In this document: positions 9,483-19,405 of the stretch, in pieces
Layout of the letters: every line of letters starts with the position of its first letter
Position numbering within the stretch: position 1 is the stretch's first letter
Assembly: GCA_964291675.2 (NCBI GenBank)
Contig: OZ219866.1
Span: 1,696,001-1,760,000 of the forward strand
Direction: 5' to 3'
Source of the DNA: Alphaproteobacteria bacterium
GTDB taxonomy: Bacteria > Pseudomonadota > Alphaproteobacteria > MPNO01
Length of the DNA: 64,000 nucleotides
The notes under the pieces: model-generated
Database searches by the model: none
What the model was told of the DNA's origin: nothing
Seen by the model: the letters and a program-made list of their open reading frames with translations, nothing else
Made by a program: the position numbers and the translations under genes

Positions 9483-11873
9483 TCAGGGTGCTTGCGTGTC
9501 CCTGTCCGGAGAGCTCCGGTCCAGCGCCGTCAACAGCGCCGGCAGGAGAGACAGGTCGGCAATGAGGGCAAACGCAATGATCATCGCCGTCAGGATGCCA
9601 ACCTGCGCAGTGGGAACGAACGGAGAAAAAACCAGTATCAGGAAGCCGGCTACCAGCACGACCGTAGTCGTGAACAGCGCCCGACCGGCCATGTCGAAGG
9701 TGTGCCGCACCGCCTCTTCCCGGCCCAGCCCGTGTTCAAGTCGCGCGCGGCGGTACTTGCTGAGAAAATGGACAGTGTCGTCCACGACGATGCCCACTGT
9801 CATCGCCACCACGACAGATAGCGACAGGCTCACCTGTCCGACGGCCAGGCCCCAGACGCCGAGGCCCAGCACGGCGGGAACCAGATTGGGAACGATGCTT
9901 ATCAGGCCAAGCCGCAGCGATCGAAATGCGAACAGGAGAATGGCGGAAATGGCCAGCAGGACGACTGCCGTTCCCACCATCATGGCACGGATGTTGCGCT
10001 GCCCGATATAGGCGAACATCGCCGCCGGACCGGTGCTGTTGACACCGGCGACATGCGGCGCGTTTTCCCTTAGCCAGTCCGCCGCGCGCGCGTTCAGTTC
10101 GAGCACCTCTTTCGAGGAGAGGGTTTCCGCGGAAACCGACACTCGCGTCGCCGACCTGGATCTGTCGATTTGATTGTTCAGGTCCAGGCCCAGCGGAAGC
10201 GAGAGCTCGTAAAGCAACAAATATTGCGCCGCTAGCTCCTGGCTTTCCGGAATCCTGTAAGCGGCCGGGTCGTCGCCGTGCATGCTCTTGTTGAGTTGCC
10301 GGAAGGTGTCGGTGACGACCGCCACATGGCGTACAGGGGGTTGCTCGCGGTACCAGTCTGCGAAGTTCGCGACTTCGGCGAGGAAGCGGGGATCGGTGAC
10401 ACCGCCCTCGGCAGATGCGTACAGCGAGTATTCGAGGAGGGTGTTGCCGCTCAGGCGCTCGTCCATGAAATCCGTATCCTGGCGAAACTCGACGCTCTTG
10501 TCGAAGAAGTGAACCAGGACGTCATTTAGCTCGTTGCGCGGAATGGCCAGCATCATCGCAGCCACAATCACCAGCCATCCCCACAATAACGCCTTCCTGT
10601 AGCGCAGCACGGTATCCGCCACGACGCTCATCGCGGGGCCGCGGAGCCGTCGGTCGGGTGCGGCACGGACCGGAAGGAGCGAAAGCAGCGCCGGCAGAAA
10701 GGTGACGGAAAGAACGAAGGAGGCGACGATTCCGAGAGCGACGAAGTTTCCGAGATCGCGGTATGGCGGCACTTCGGAAAAGTTCATGCTCAAGAAGCCA
10801 AGCGTCGTCGTGAGGCTCGCAAGAAACACCGGATGCAGGTTGAGACTGACGGACTCCACGATGGCATCGTGCCTGGAAGCCCCGGCACGCAGACTCTGGC
10901 GCAAAGCCACCAGCAGGTGCACGCAGTTCGCGACGACGATCATCAGCACGATGGTCGGTGCCGGCGATACGGGCGGGGAAAAGGGCAGACCGACCCATAC
11001 GCCCAGGCCCACCGACGCGAGAATGGAAAGGACGATCACCATGCCGGTGCCCGCGACCCCCGCCCAGCTCCGGGTGAGAACGCCGAGGATCAGCGCCATG
11101 AGCAGCAGGCTTGCGGGCAGGAAGATCATCTGGCTGCCGATCGAGGCTTCCACGAATGTCTGGTTGACCATGACCGTGCCGACGACGCGAAGGTCCATGT
11201 CGGGAAACCGTTCTTCCGCCTGCGCGGCGACCGACCGGGCGAACTCCGCGACTTCGCCCACGGCTTCCAGCTGGCCCTCCTCCGGCAGTTCGACGGTGAC
11301 GTTCACAACGCTGACATCGCCGTTCAGGGCCAGAACGCTGCCGGCGATGCGCGGGTCCGACAAGGCGATGGCCCGGATTCGCGAGCGCGCTTCGGCGCGG
11401 GTCAGTTCTTGCGGATCGACGAGATCCCGCACATACAAATCGTCGCCGTCGGCGGTCGTGTGCTGGAAATTGGCGAGCGAATCGACACGCCTCGAATAGG
11501 GTGTCTTCCAGGCGGCGTCGGTCAGCCAGAGGGCGGCCGAGAGTGCCTTTTGCGAGGTTGCGTCACCATCGTCCGGAACGATCAGGAACGCGACATTTTC
11601 GTTCTTCCCGTAGGTGTTCTCCAGCGCCTCCAGGGCCAGAAGCTGCGGATTGTCCTCGTCGAAGAAGATGCGGTAGTTGCCGGAGAACTCCAGCATGGCG
11701 ATGCCGCTCGACGCGGCTGCGACCAGGACCAGCGTGGCAACGACGACCGGCCAGCGGAACCGCAGCACCCGTTCGGCGAATCGCGTGGCGAATTGCTGTC
11801 TTGCTATGCCGGGCTCGTCCACGGGATCGGTGCCACTAGTTACGAACTCCCTCGGGGGCGTGCGGTACGCCAT
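9483..11873 (-). CDS. MMPL/RND family transporter
   Basis: Duplicated TM/periplasmic architecture; motifs GIVVDDTVHFLSKY, LASLTTTLGFLS and LGLISIVPN. Confidence 0.88.
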   Translation of the reverse strand: MAYRTPPREFVTSGTDPVDEPGIARQQFATRFAERVLRFRWPVVVATLVLVAAASSGIAMLEFSGNYRIFFDEDNPQLLALEALENTYGKNENVAFLIVPDDGDATSQKALSAALWLTDAAWKTPYSRRVDSLANFQHTTADGDDLYVRDLVDPQELTRAEARSRIRAIALSDPRIAGSVLALNGDVSVVNVTVELPEEGQLEAVGEVAEFARSVAAQAEERFPDMDLRVVGTVMVNQTFVEASIGSQMIFLPASLLLMALILGVLTRSWAGVAGTGMVIVLSILASVGLGVWVGLPFSPPVSPAPTIVLMIVVANCVHLLVALRQSLRAGASRHDAIVESVSLNLHPVFLASLTTTLGFLSMNFSEVPPYRDLGNFVALGIVASFVLSVTFLPALLSLLPVRAAPDRRLRGPAMSVVADTVLRYRKALLWGWLVIVAAMMLAIPRNELNDVLVHFFDKSVEFRQDTDFMDERLSGNTLLEYSLYASAEGGVTDPRFLAEVANFADWYREQPPVRHVAVVTDTFRQLNKSMHGDDPAAYRIPESQELAAQYLLLYELSLPLGLDLNNQIDRSRSATRVSVSAETLSSKEVLELNARAADWLRENAPHVAGVNSTGPAAMFAYIGQRNIRAMMVGTAVVLLAISAILLFAFRSLRLGLISIVPNLVPAVLGLGVWGLAVGQVSLSLSVVVAMTVGIVVDDTVHFLSKYRRARLEHGLGREEAVRHTFDMAGRALFTTTVVLVAGFLILVFSPFVPTAQVGILTAMIIAFALIADLSLLPALLTALDRSSPDRDTQAP

Positions 11874-11924
11874 ACTTCATTGCGATCGAGCCTTGTAGCA
11901 ATAGGCGACCATGCCGCCCCGGCG

Positions 11925-13076
11925 CTACCAGAGCCGTTCCGTTGCCAGGCGCGCGCCTTCGGACATCGCCTCGAACTTGGCCCAGATCACCGTCGGGTGG
12001 ACCTCGGTGCGGTAGCAGGCCTGCGACGAAAAGCCGCAATCGCCGCCGGCGAGCACGTTCTCCCTTCCGACGCGCTCGGCATAGCGCACCAGCCGCTGGG
12101 CGATCAGCTCCGGGTGTTCGACGATGTTGCTGGCATGGGTGATGACGCCCGGGATCAGCGCCTTGCCGTCGGCCAGCTCGATGTCTTCCCAGATGCGATA
12201 CTCGTGCTCGTGCCGCGCATTCGCCGCCTCGAACGAGTAGCTGCCCGCGTCGATGTCGAGCATGTAGCGGCACACCTCGTCCATCGGCGCCTCGTGGATC
12301 CTCGGCCCCTCGTTGATGCCGTAGCAGGTGTGATAGCGGATGCGGTCTTCCGGGATGCCGCGCAGCGCGTGGTTGAGCGCCTCGACATAGAGCCGGCACT
12401 TGCGGTCCTTGCCCGAATCGTCGAGCGCGGGATCGACCAGGATGTCGCAGAGGAACGGATCGTCGATCTGCAAGAGGAAGCCGGCGTCCACGATGGCGAG
12501 GTACTCGGTTCTCATCGCCTCGGCCACCGCCGCCGCGTATTCCTCCTCGGTCGCGTAGTAGGCGTTGTAGCCGACGCCGGCGGGCGAGACCGCGGGCACG
12601 AAGGCGTCGTGGCAAGAAACGTCCGAGAGCGCCGCCCTGAGATTGTCGAGGTCGCGCGCCAGCGCCGCCTCGCCCTTGTAGGAGACCGGGCCGACGCAAT
12701 ACATCGGCGCCATCTTGACGATCGCACCGCCCATCATCACCCGCGCGAAGTATTCGGCGTAGTATTCCGGGAACGCCGCGGTCTCGGCCGCGAACAGGTT
12801 GTACTTCTCGTCCCGCCGCGGCTCGAAGCCTTCGATCCGCTCCTCGACATAGGCGAAGAAGCCGGTCTTCGACATCTCGCCGTCGGCGACGACGTCGATG
12901 CCGAGATCCGCCTGGCGCTTGACGATGTCGGCCACGCCTTCGCGGATCTTCCCCTGATAGTCGTCCTCGTCGTAGGGCTCGCCCTCGTGCTTGGCCTTCA
13001 TCGCATCCAGCACCTCGACGGTGCGCGGCAGGCTGCCGACATGGGTGGTCAGAATCCGGTCCTCGTGTCCCTGCAT
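11925..13076 (-). CDS. Cobalamin-independent methionine synthase II family protein
   Basis: ILTTHVGSLPR, DGEMSK, LQIDDP, zinc ligands HTC / E / DCGF. Confidence 0.88.
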   Translation of the reverse strand: MQGHEDRILTTHVGSLPRTVEVLDAMKAKHEGEPYDEDDYQGKIREGVADIVKRQADLGIDVVADGEMSKTGFFAYVEERIEGFEPRRDEKYNLFAAETAAFPEYYAEYFARVMMGGAIVKMAPMYCVGPVSYKGEAALARDLDNLRAALSDVSCHDAFVPAVSPAGVGYNAYYATEEEYAAAVAEAMRTEYLAIVDAGFLLQIDDPFLCDILVDPALDDSGKDRKCRLYVEALNHALRGIPEDRIRYHTCYGINEGPRIHEAPMDEVCRYMLDIDAGSYSFEAANARHEHEYRIWEDIELADGKALIPGVITHASNIVEHPELIAQRLVRYAERVGRENVLAGGDCGFSSQACYRTEVHPTVIWAKFEAMSEGARLATERLW

Positions 13077-13155
13077 GGCGTGCCCCCTCCGGCGCCGTTC
13101 GTCGAGCGGATTGTATGCGGAAACCGGCGCGGCGGGACACCTGTTGCGGCTTCGC

Positions 13156-14085
13156 TCAGGCGAGCTCGTCGGGCTTCGTCCTGCGCGAGGACACGGTGAC
13201 GCCGCCGACGATCAGCGCCGCGCCGATCAGGTGGTAGGCATTCAGCGTCTCGCCGAGAAACGGGACGCCGATCGCGGCGGAGAAGACCGGTACCAGGTAC
13301 ATGTAGAACCCGGCGCGCGACGGCCCGAGCCGCGCGATCGCGATGTTCCAGCCAAGGATCGCCACCACCGAGGGGAAGATGGCGACGAAGACCAGCGACA
13401 CCAGGGCCGTGGTGCTGGCCGGGGGAAGCCCCTCCTGGATCACCTCGGCGACGAAGAACGGGACGTGGAACAGCGCGCCCAGCGCGCAGACCATCGTCAG
13501 CAGGGTCAGGGTATGGATCTCGCGCGGCATCAGCCGCGCCGCCACGCCGTAGCCGGCGAGGCACAGATTGCACAGCAGCAGCACCGCGTCGCCGCGGTTG
13601 AAGTCGAGGCCCAGCAGCACCGCCGGATCGCCGCGCGCAACCATGTAGAGCAGCCCGACGATGGCAAGCACGACACCGAAGACCTGCCGCCCGGTGGTGC
13701 GGTCGCCGAGCACGATCCAGGCCAGCAGCAGGATCAGCACGGGCAGCGAGGTCTGGATCACCCCGCCATTGATCGCCGTGGTGTAGTTGAGCGCGACATA
13801 GGTGATGCCCGCGCCCATCAGCGGCATCAGGAAGCCGAGCAGGCAAAGCAGCTTCCAATGGCGCTGCAGCAAGACCCGGTCGCGCCGGATCAGGTGCCAT
13901 GCGAAGGGCAGCAGGACCAGCGCGCCCACCGTCCAGCGGGTGAACCCCAGCGTATAGGGCGCGACCTCGCCCGCCGCCCATCGTCCGATGACGTAGTTGA
14001 GCGCGAAGATCAGCGCCGACTGCGCCATCAGCACATGGGCGATGCCGTCGCCGGCGAGGAACGAGGCCTTGGGGCGGCCGGTCAC
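13156..14085 (-). CDS. DMT/EamA family transporter
   Basis: ~10 TM helices; ALNYTTAIN and LGPSRAG...LVPVF motifs. Confidence 0.88.
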   Translation of the reverse strand: MTGRPKASFLAGDGIAHVLMAQSALIFALNYVIGRWAAGEVAPYTLGFTRWTVGALVLLPFAWHLIRRDRVLLQRHWKLLCLLGFLMPLMGAGITYVALNYTTAINGGVIQTSLPVLILLLAWIVLGDRTTGRQVFGVVLAIVGLLYMVARGDPAVLLGLDFNRGDAVLLLCNLCLAGYGVAARLMPREIHTLTLLTMVCALGALFHVPFFVAEVIQEGLPPASTTALVSLVFVAIFPSVVAILGWNIAIARLGPSRAGFYMYLVPVFSAAIGVPFLGETLNAYHLIGAALIVGGVTVSSRRTKPDELA

Positions 14086-15311
14086 GCGGGTTGCAGCGCC
14101 GGTTCTCTCCCCCGGTCCTCCGGCACGAACAGCGCCAGGCAGCCCGCCAGCGCGACCGCCAGGGCGGCGACGATCCAGAGCTCGTCATAGCGCGCCCAGA
14201 ACGAATAGAACGCGCCGCCGAGATAGGCGCCGATCGCCGCGCCCAGCCAGTGGCCGCCGAAGATCAGCCCCATGGCGAGGCCGATCACGCCCACCCCCAT
14301 GCGGCTCGCGATGATGTGGGCGATCACCGGCATTGCGGCGAAGTTGAGGAACCCGTAGAGCGCGGCGAAGACGAAGAGCAGCGGCAGGCTGCCCGCGATC
14401 TGGGTCAGCAGCACGAACAACAGGACGCGGACGAAATAGACCGAGGCGAGCAGGCGCGGCCGGTGCAGGCGATCGGACAGGAAGCCGAACAGGACCACGC
14501 CGATCATGTTGAACCCGCCATGAACGCCGTAAGCCGTCGCCCCCTCGATCGGCGCGAAGCCGCAGAACTCCGCATAGGGCAGAAGATGCACCTCGATCAC
14601 GCCGGCGGTCGAGAAGCCGCATATCAGGAAGCCGATGGCGAGCAGCCAGAACGTCCCGCTCGACAGGACGTAGCGCAGCCGCTCGCCGATCGGCGCGAGC
14701 GCCTGTCCGGCCGATTCCTCGGCGATTTCGGGGGAGCGGCGCAGCGCCAGCCAGGCGATCGCCGCGATGGCCAGCGTCAACGCCCCGAGCGCGGTATAGG
14801 TGCCGCGCCAGCCGAGCGCGGTGACCATGACGCCCAGGACCGGCAGGGCGACGAGCTGGCCCCCGGTGGCGCCCGAAAACCCGATCCCGCTCGCCAGCCC
14901 GCGCCCGTGGACGAAATACCGGGCGACGGCGGCGGACACCATCGGCATCGCGATCGCGCCCGAGCCGATCCCGATGAGCCCGCCATAGAAGGCGATCAAC
15001 TGCCAATCCTCGGTCGCCGCCGAGGTCGCGAGGATGCCGACGCCGACGAACAGGAGGCCGCCGGCGCAGACGGTTCTGGGACCGAAGCGGTCGATCAGAT
15101 TGCCGGCGAAAGGCGAGACGATCGCCATCAGGAAGAGCGCCAGCGCGCCGGCGTTCGAGGCCAGATCGCGCGGCCATCCGGGCTCGACCTCCCAGAAGGT
15201 CATCATCAGCCCGATCGAGCTGCGCGTCGAATAGACCGCCATCAGCGCCGCGAAGCAGATCGCGACGACCAGCCAGCCGAACGGGTTGCCGCGGAGCGAG
15301 CCCGAGATCAC
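14082..15311 (-). CDS. MFS transporter
   Basis: Motif A GNLIDRFGPR, repeated as GFLSDRLHRP; ~12 TM helices. Confidence 0.88.
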   Translation of the reverse strand: MISGSLRGNPFGWLVVAICFAALMAVYSTRSSIGLMMTFWEVEPGWPRDLASNAGALALFLMAIVSPFAGNLIDRFGPRTVCAGGLLFVGVGILATSAATEDWQLIAFYGGLIGIGSGAIAMPMVSAAVARYFVHGRGLASGIGFSGATGGQLVALPVLGVMVTALGWRGTYTALGALTLAIAAIAWLALRRSPEIAEESAGQALAPIGERLRYVLSSGTFWLLAIGFLICGFSTAGVIEVHLLPYAEFCGFAPIEGATAYGVHGGFNMIGVVLFGFLSDRLHRPRLLASVYFVRVLLFVLLTQIAGSLPLLFVFAALYGFLNFAAMPVIAHIIASRMGVGVIGLAMGLIFGGHWLGAAIGAYLGGAFYSFWARYDELWIVAALAVALAGCLALFVPEDRGREPALQPA

Positions 15312-15351
15312 GCGGGAACCCTCGCCCGCGCGCCCGGACGGCGCTCCGTCC

Positions 15352-16032
15352 CTACATCGATTGGAAACACCTCAGCACCGACGCGCGCGACGCCGTCGCC
15401 GCGGCGGCCTGGTAGCCTTCCTTGTAGGGCATGGCGAAGTTGTGGGTCGCACCCTCGTGGACGACGATCTCGGCGTTGCCGTGACCGCTATAGGCCTGCC
15501 GGATGGCGGCCACCTCGTCCATCGGGACCACCGGGTCATCGTCGCCGAAATGGAAGCTGACCGGGCAGGAGATGCGCGGCGTCTCGTCGAGCGCCTCGCC
15601 GATCCTTGTGCCGTGGAAGGAGCCGGCGGCATCGATCCCCAGACGCGCCGCCCCGAGATGGGCGTAGAGCCCGCCGAAGCAGAAGCCGAGCATCGCCACC
15701 TTGCCGTTGCATTGCGGGCGCGCCTTCAGATCCCCGATCAGGTCCTCGATATCGAGCATGCCCTGGTCCCGGTCGAACGCGTCGTAGCGCGCGAAGGCCT
15801 TTTCCATGTCCGCGGTCGGGCCCGGCATCACCCGCCAGAAGATGTCCGGTACGGAGACCAGGAACCCGTCTTTCGCCCAGGCGTCGGAAAGCTCCTTCAT
15901 CTCGTCGTCGATCCCGAAGATCGCGGTGATCAGCAGCAGGCCGGGCGCCTGGCCGCTGCCGCCGGGTTCGGCGAGGTAACCGTCGAACGCCTCGCCGTTG
16001 CGGGTGGAGTAGGTGATGTCCTTGCCTGGCAT
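15352..16032 (-). CDS. Dienelactone hydrolase family protein
   Basis: Start MPGKDITY after GGGAGAG; nucleophile motif GFCFGG; FHFGDDDPVV; HNF. Confidence 0.88.
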   Translation of the reverse strand: MPGKDITYSTRNGEAFDGYLAEPGGSGQAPGLLLITAIFGIDDEMKELSDAWAKDGFLVSVPDIFWRVMPGPTADMEKAFARYDAFDRDQGMLDIEDLIGDLKARPQCNGKVAMLGFCFGGLYAHLGAARLGIDAAGSFHGTRIGEALDETPRISCPVSFHFGDDDPVVPMDEVAAIRQAYSGHGNAEIVVHEGATHNFAMPYKEGYQAAAATASRASVLRCFQSM

Positions 16033-16066
16033 GTCGCTCTCCCTTTGCCGGCGCCGGCCGCCGCTT

Positions 16067-17371
16067 CTAGCCGTCCTCCGCCAGGCGGATGCCGGTGAAC
16101 GGCCAGCGTTGATGGGGGTAGAAGAAATTGCGGTAGGTGGCGCGGATGTGTCCCGGCGGGGTCGCGCAGCAGCCCCCGCGCAGCACCATCTGGCTCGACA
16201 TGAATTTGCCGTTGTACTCGCCGACAGCGCCGGGCGAGGTGCGGAAGCCGGGATAGGCGACATAGGGGCTGGCCGTCCACTCCCACACGTCGCCGATCAT
16301 CTGGCGGGGACCGGAATGGCCGTTCGCCGGGGCGGCCGCCGGATGCAGCCGGTCCGCCGCCAGCAGATTGGCGTTCTCCTCCTCGACCGCGGGTGCTGCG
16401 GCCTCCCATTCGGCTTCCGTCGGCAGGCGCTTGCCGGCCCAGGCGGCGTAGGCCGCCGCCTCGTAGTGGCTGACATGGCAGACCGGCGCAGCGTCGTCGA
16501 GCGGCACTTCGCCGGCGAGGCTGAACTCCGACCATTCGCCGTCGGTTCCGCTCCAGTAGAGCGGCGCCTCCCACCCCTCGGCCTGGACCGTCGCCCAGCC
16601 GTCGGCGAACCACAGCAGCGGGTCGCGGTAACCGCCGTCCTCGATGAAGGCGCGGTACTCGCCGTTGGTCGCCGCGCGGTCGGCGAGACGGAAATCCTCC
16701 AGCACGACGCGATGGCGCGGCCGCTCGTTGTCGAAGGCGAAGCCGGCCCCGTCATCGCCGATGCGGCCGAGCCCGCCCTCGTACTCCGTCCAGCCCGCCG
16801 CCGCCGCCGGCTCGGTCTCGCGCGCATTGCGCGGCCGATAGGCGGGGCGCAGCGGGTTGCGCGAGAGGACATGCTTGATGTCCATCAGCAACAGCTCCTG
16901 GTGCTGCTGCTCGTGATGCAGCCCGAGCTCGGTCAACCCGGCGGGCTCGGCCCAGGCCCGGTCGGGAAGGGCGGCGAACAGCCGGTCCACGGCTTCGTCG
17001 ACATGGGCGCGATAGGCCATCACGTCGGCGAGCGGCGGCCGGGACAACACCCCCCGGTCGGGGCGCGGGTGTCGTGCCCCGACGGCCTCGTAATAGGAAT
17101 TGAAGAGGTATCCGAAAGCCGGATCGAACGGGGCATAGCCCGGCAGGTGGGGCGCGAGGACGAAGGTCTCGAAGAACCATGTCACATGGGCGAGATGCCA
17201 CTTCGTCGGGCTGACATCGGGCATCGACTGTACTTGCTGGTCCTCGGGCGACAGCGGCGCGGCGAGCGCCTCGGTCAGCGCCCGGACTTCGGTGTATCGT
17301 CGCGCCAGACGGGCGCGCGAGGCTTCACGGTCAACGGCACGCACGGAAAGACGCTTCCCCCACCCGCGCAA
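16067..17371 (-). CDS. egtB: Ergothioneine biosynthesis sulfoxide synthase EgtB
   Basis: DinB-like KWHLAHVTWFFE, iron-binding HEQQHQE, FGE-sulfatase domain (RLPTEAEWE, GEYNGKFM, YRNFFYP). Start codon uncertain. Confidence 0.9.
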   Translation of the reverse strand: MRGWGKRLSVRAVDREASRARLARRYTEVRALTEALAAPLSPEDQQVQSMPDVSPTKWHLAHVTWFFETFVLAPHLPGYAPFDPAFGYLFNSYYEAVGARHPRPDRGVLSRPPLADVMAYRAHVDEAVDRLFAALPDRAWAEPAGLTELGLHHEQQHQELLLMDIKHVLSRNPLRPAYRPRNARETEPAAAAGWTEYEGGLGRIGDDGAGFAFDNERPRHRVVLEDFRLADRAATNGEYRAFIEDGGYRDPLLWFADGWATVQAEGWEAPLYWSGTDGEWSEFSLAGEVPLDDAAPVCHVSHYEAAAYAAWAGKRLPTEAEWEAAAPAVEEENANLLAADRLHPAAAPANGHSGPRQMIGDVWEWTASPYVAYPGFRTSPGAVGEYNGKFMSSQMVLRGGCCATPPGHIRATYRNFFYPHQRWPFTGIRLAEDG

Positions 17372-17430
17372 TTCGCGGCGGAGGCTAGCGCATTACGTCG
17401 GTCGACGAAACCGCGCCCGCCGCCGAGCGG

Positions 17431-18168
17431 TCAGGCGGTCGTATCGGTGTCCGCCGGCGGCGTCTCCGGGACCGGCTCGGGCGCCTCCGGCAGCGCCCTG
17501 GCGATCCCGACCCGGGCGGCCCGCAAGAGACGACCGTTCAGCACGTAGCCGGTCTCGAAGACCTGGACCACCGTGCCGGGCTCGGCATCGGCGGTCGGGA
17601 CCTCGAACATCGCCTCGTGCAGGTTGTGGTCGAATTTCTCTCCGGCCGGATCGATCCGCTCGATGCCGTGCCGCTCGAATATCGTGGCCAGCTCGCGCTC
17701 GGTGAGCTCTATTCCGCCGACCAGCGAACCCAGCGCCTCGTTCTCCCCGGGATCCCCGGGCACGGATTCCAGCGCGCGGCGCAGATTGTCGGCCACCGGC
17801 AGAACGTCGCGTGCGAATGACGAGATGGCGAACCTGGCGGTTTCCTCGCGCTCGCGCTTGCCGCGCCGCCGGAGGTTTTCGTTTTCCGCCAGCGCGCGCA
17901 GGAGCCGGTCGTTCGCCTCGGCGAGCTCGGCTTCGTAGTCCCGCTCTTCCGGCTGCCGGTCGGCCGCCGCGTCGTCCCCGGCAGGTTTGCCGGCCCACGG
18001 CGAGGAGCCATCCGGCGCGACGGCCTCCCCGGCCTCTTCCGACTCTTCCGGCTCGACGGCCTCGCCCGTCTCTACCGGCTCGGCGGCCCGTTCGGTCGCT
18101 TCCGGCTTCGCTTCGGGCTCGCCCGGAGCCTCCGTCGAATTCGCGCCCTGCTTGTCGGTCTCACTCAT
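17431..18168 (-). CDS. grpE: Nucleotide exchange factor GrpE
   Basis: LLRALAENENLRRR, LPVADNLRRAL, FDHNLHEAM, GYVLNGRLLRAARV; adjacent to hrcA. Confidence 0.95.
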   Translation of the reverse strand: MSETDKQGANSTEAPGEPEAKPEATERAAEPVETGEAVEPEESEEAGEAVAPDGSSPWAGKPAGDDAAADRQPEERDYEAELAEANDRLLRALAENENLRRRGKREREETARFAISSFARDVLPVADNLRRALESVPGDPGENEALGSLVGGIELTERELATIFERHGIERIDPAGEKFDHNLHEAMFEVPTADAEPGTVVQVFETGYVLNGRLLRAARVGIARALPEAPEPVPETPPADTDTTA

Positions 18169-18171
18169 GGG

Positions 18172-19254
18172 TCAGGCCTCGATCTCCGCGCCGGTGCTGC
18201 CGCCGACGAGCCGGCCCACCACCTTGGCCGTGTAGTCGACGATGGGGATTATCCGCGCATAGTTGATCCGCGTCGGCCCGATGACGCCGATGGCGCCGAC
18301 GACGCTACGCGCATTGTCGCTGATGGGGGCGACCACGAGGGAGCATCCGGTCATGTCGAACAGGGTGTTCTCCGAGCCGATGAAGATCTGCACCCCTTCG
18401 CCGTTCCTGGTCAGGTCGAGCAGCCGGAGCACCAGCTCCTGGGTCTCGAGCGCCTCGTAGAGGGTGCGCACCCGCTCGAGGTCGCTGAGGGCCGCGATGT
18501 CGTCGAGGAGATGGGCCTGCCCCTTGACGATCAGCGCGCCGGCATTTCGCTCCCCCACCCAGGTCGCGAGCCCGGCCTCGACCAGCCTGGCGGTGACGGA
18601 ATCGATCTGCGCCCGTCTGCCCTCGATCTCCCTGGTGATGTCGGCGAGTGCGGCCTCCACCGTGCGGCCGACCAGGCGGGTGTTGAGATAATTGCCGGCC
18701 GCGACCAGCGCAGACGGCGGGGTGCCGACCGGCAGGTCGATCAGCCGGTTCTCGACGATGCCGTCGGCATTGATCAGGACCACGAGCGCGCGGCCGTCGC
18801 CGAGATTGACGAACTCGACATGCTTCAGCGGTCGGTCCGTCTTGGGCGCGGCGACCAGCCCGGCGCAGCCCGCCAGCCCGGACATCACCGCCGTCGCCTC
18901 GTTCAGCATCTGGGTCAGGTTGGTGCCCTGCCCGGCGCACTGGCTTTCGATTGCGACCCGATCGTCGTCGGAGATCTCGCCGACTTGCAGCAGCCCGTCG
19001 ACGAACAGCCTCAGCCCGGCCTCGCTCGGCAACCGCCCGGCGGAGCTGTGCGGCGAATGCAGCAGCCCCATGTCCTCCAGATCCGCCATGACATTGCGGA
19101 TCGTCGCCGGCGAGAGAGGCAGCGGCAGGCGGCGCGACAGGGTTCGCGACCCGACCGGCTCGCCGGTCTGAACGAAGGTCTCGACGATCTCGCGAAAGAT
19201 CTCCCGCGACCTTTCATTGAGTTCGCCGACAATGCTGGACGGTGCGCTCTGCAT
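18172..19254 (-). CDS. hrcA: Heat-inducible transcription repressor HrcA
   Basis: [41 protein letters not shown]. Confidence 0.95.
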   Translation of the reverse strand: MQSAPSSIVGELNERSREIFREIVETFVQTGEPVGSRTLSRRLPLPLSPATIRNVMADLEDMGLLHSPHSSAGRLPSEAGLRLFVDGLLQVGEISDDDRVAIESQCAGQGTNLTQMLNEATAVMSGLAGCAGLVAAPKTDRPLKHVEFVNLGDGRALVVLINADGIVENRLIDLPVGTPPSALVAAGNYLNTRLVGRTVEAALADITREIEGRRAQIDSVTARLVEAGLATWVGERNAGALIVKGQAHLLDDIAALSDLERVRTLYEALETQELVLRLLDLTRNGEGVQIFIGSENTLFDMTGCSLVVAPISDNARSVVGAIGVIGPTRINYARIIPIVDYTAKVVGRLVGGSTGAEIEA

Positions 19255-19405
19255 GGGTCTCCCCGCGGGCGGTTGGAATGTAGTGGCGACGCTCTCGACC
19301 GTCAACGGAGCCGCTCGGCGCAGAACGCCCAACCCTTTGTATTTGCGGCACGATGGCCGCTGCTGCTACAAGCCTCGCCGACGATCCGAAGCAAAGGGGC
19401 GGGCG

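Noticed and set aside
10833-13199. 788-aa plus-strand ORF
   Set aside because: Antisense shadow of the MMPL and MetE-like genes, typical of high-GC DNA.
17950-18168. Repetitive acidic N-terminus of GrpE
   Set aside because: Variable low-complexity N-terminal tails are normal for GrpE.
17372-19405. CIRCE operator near hrcA/grpE
   Set aside because: No TTAGCACTC-N9-GAGTGCTAA match seen.
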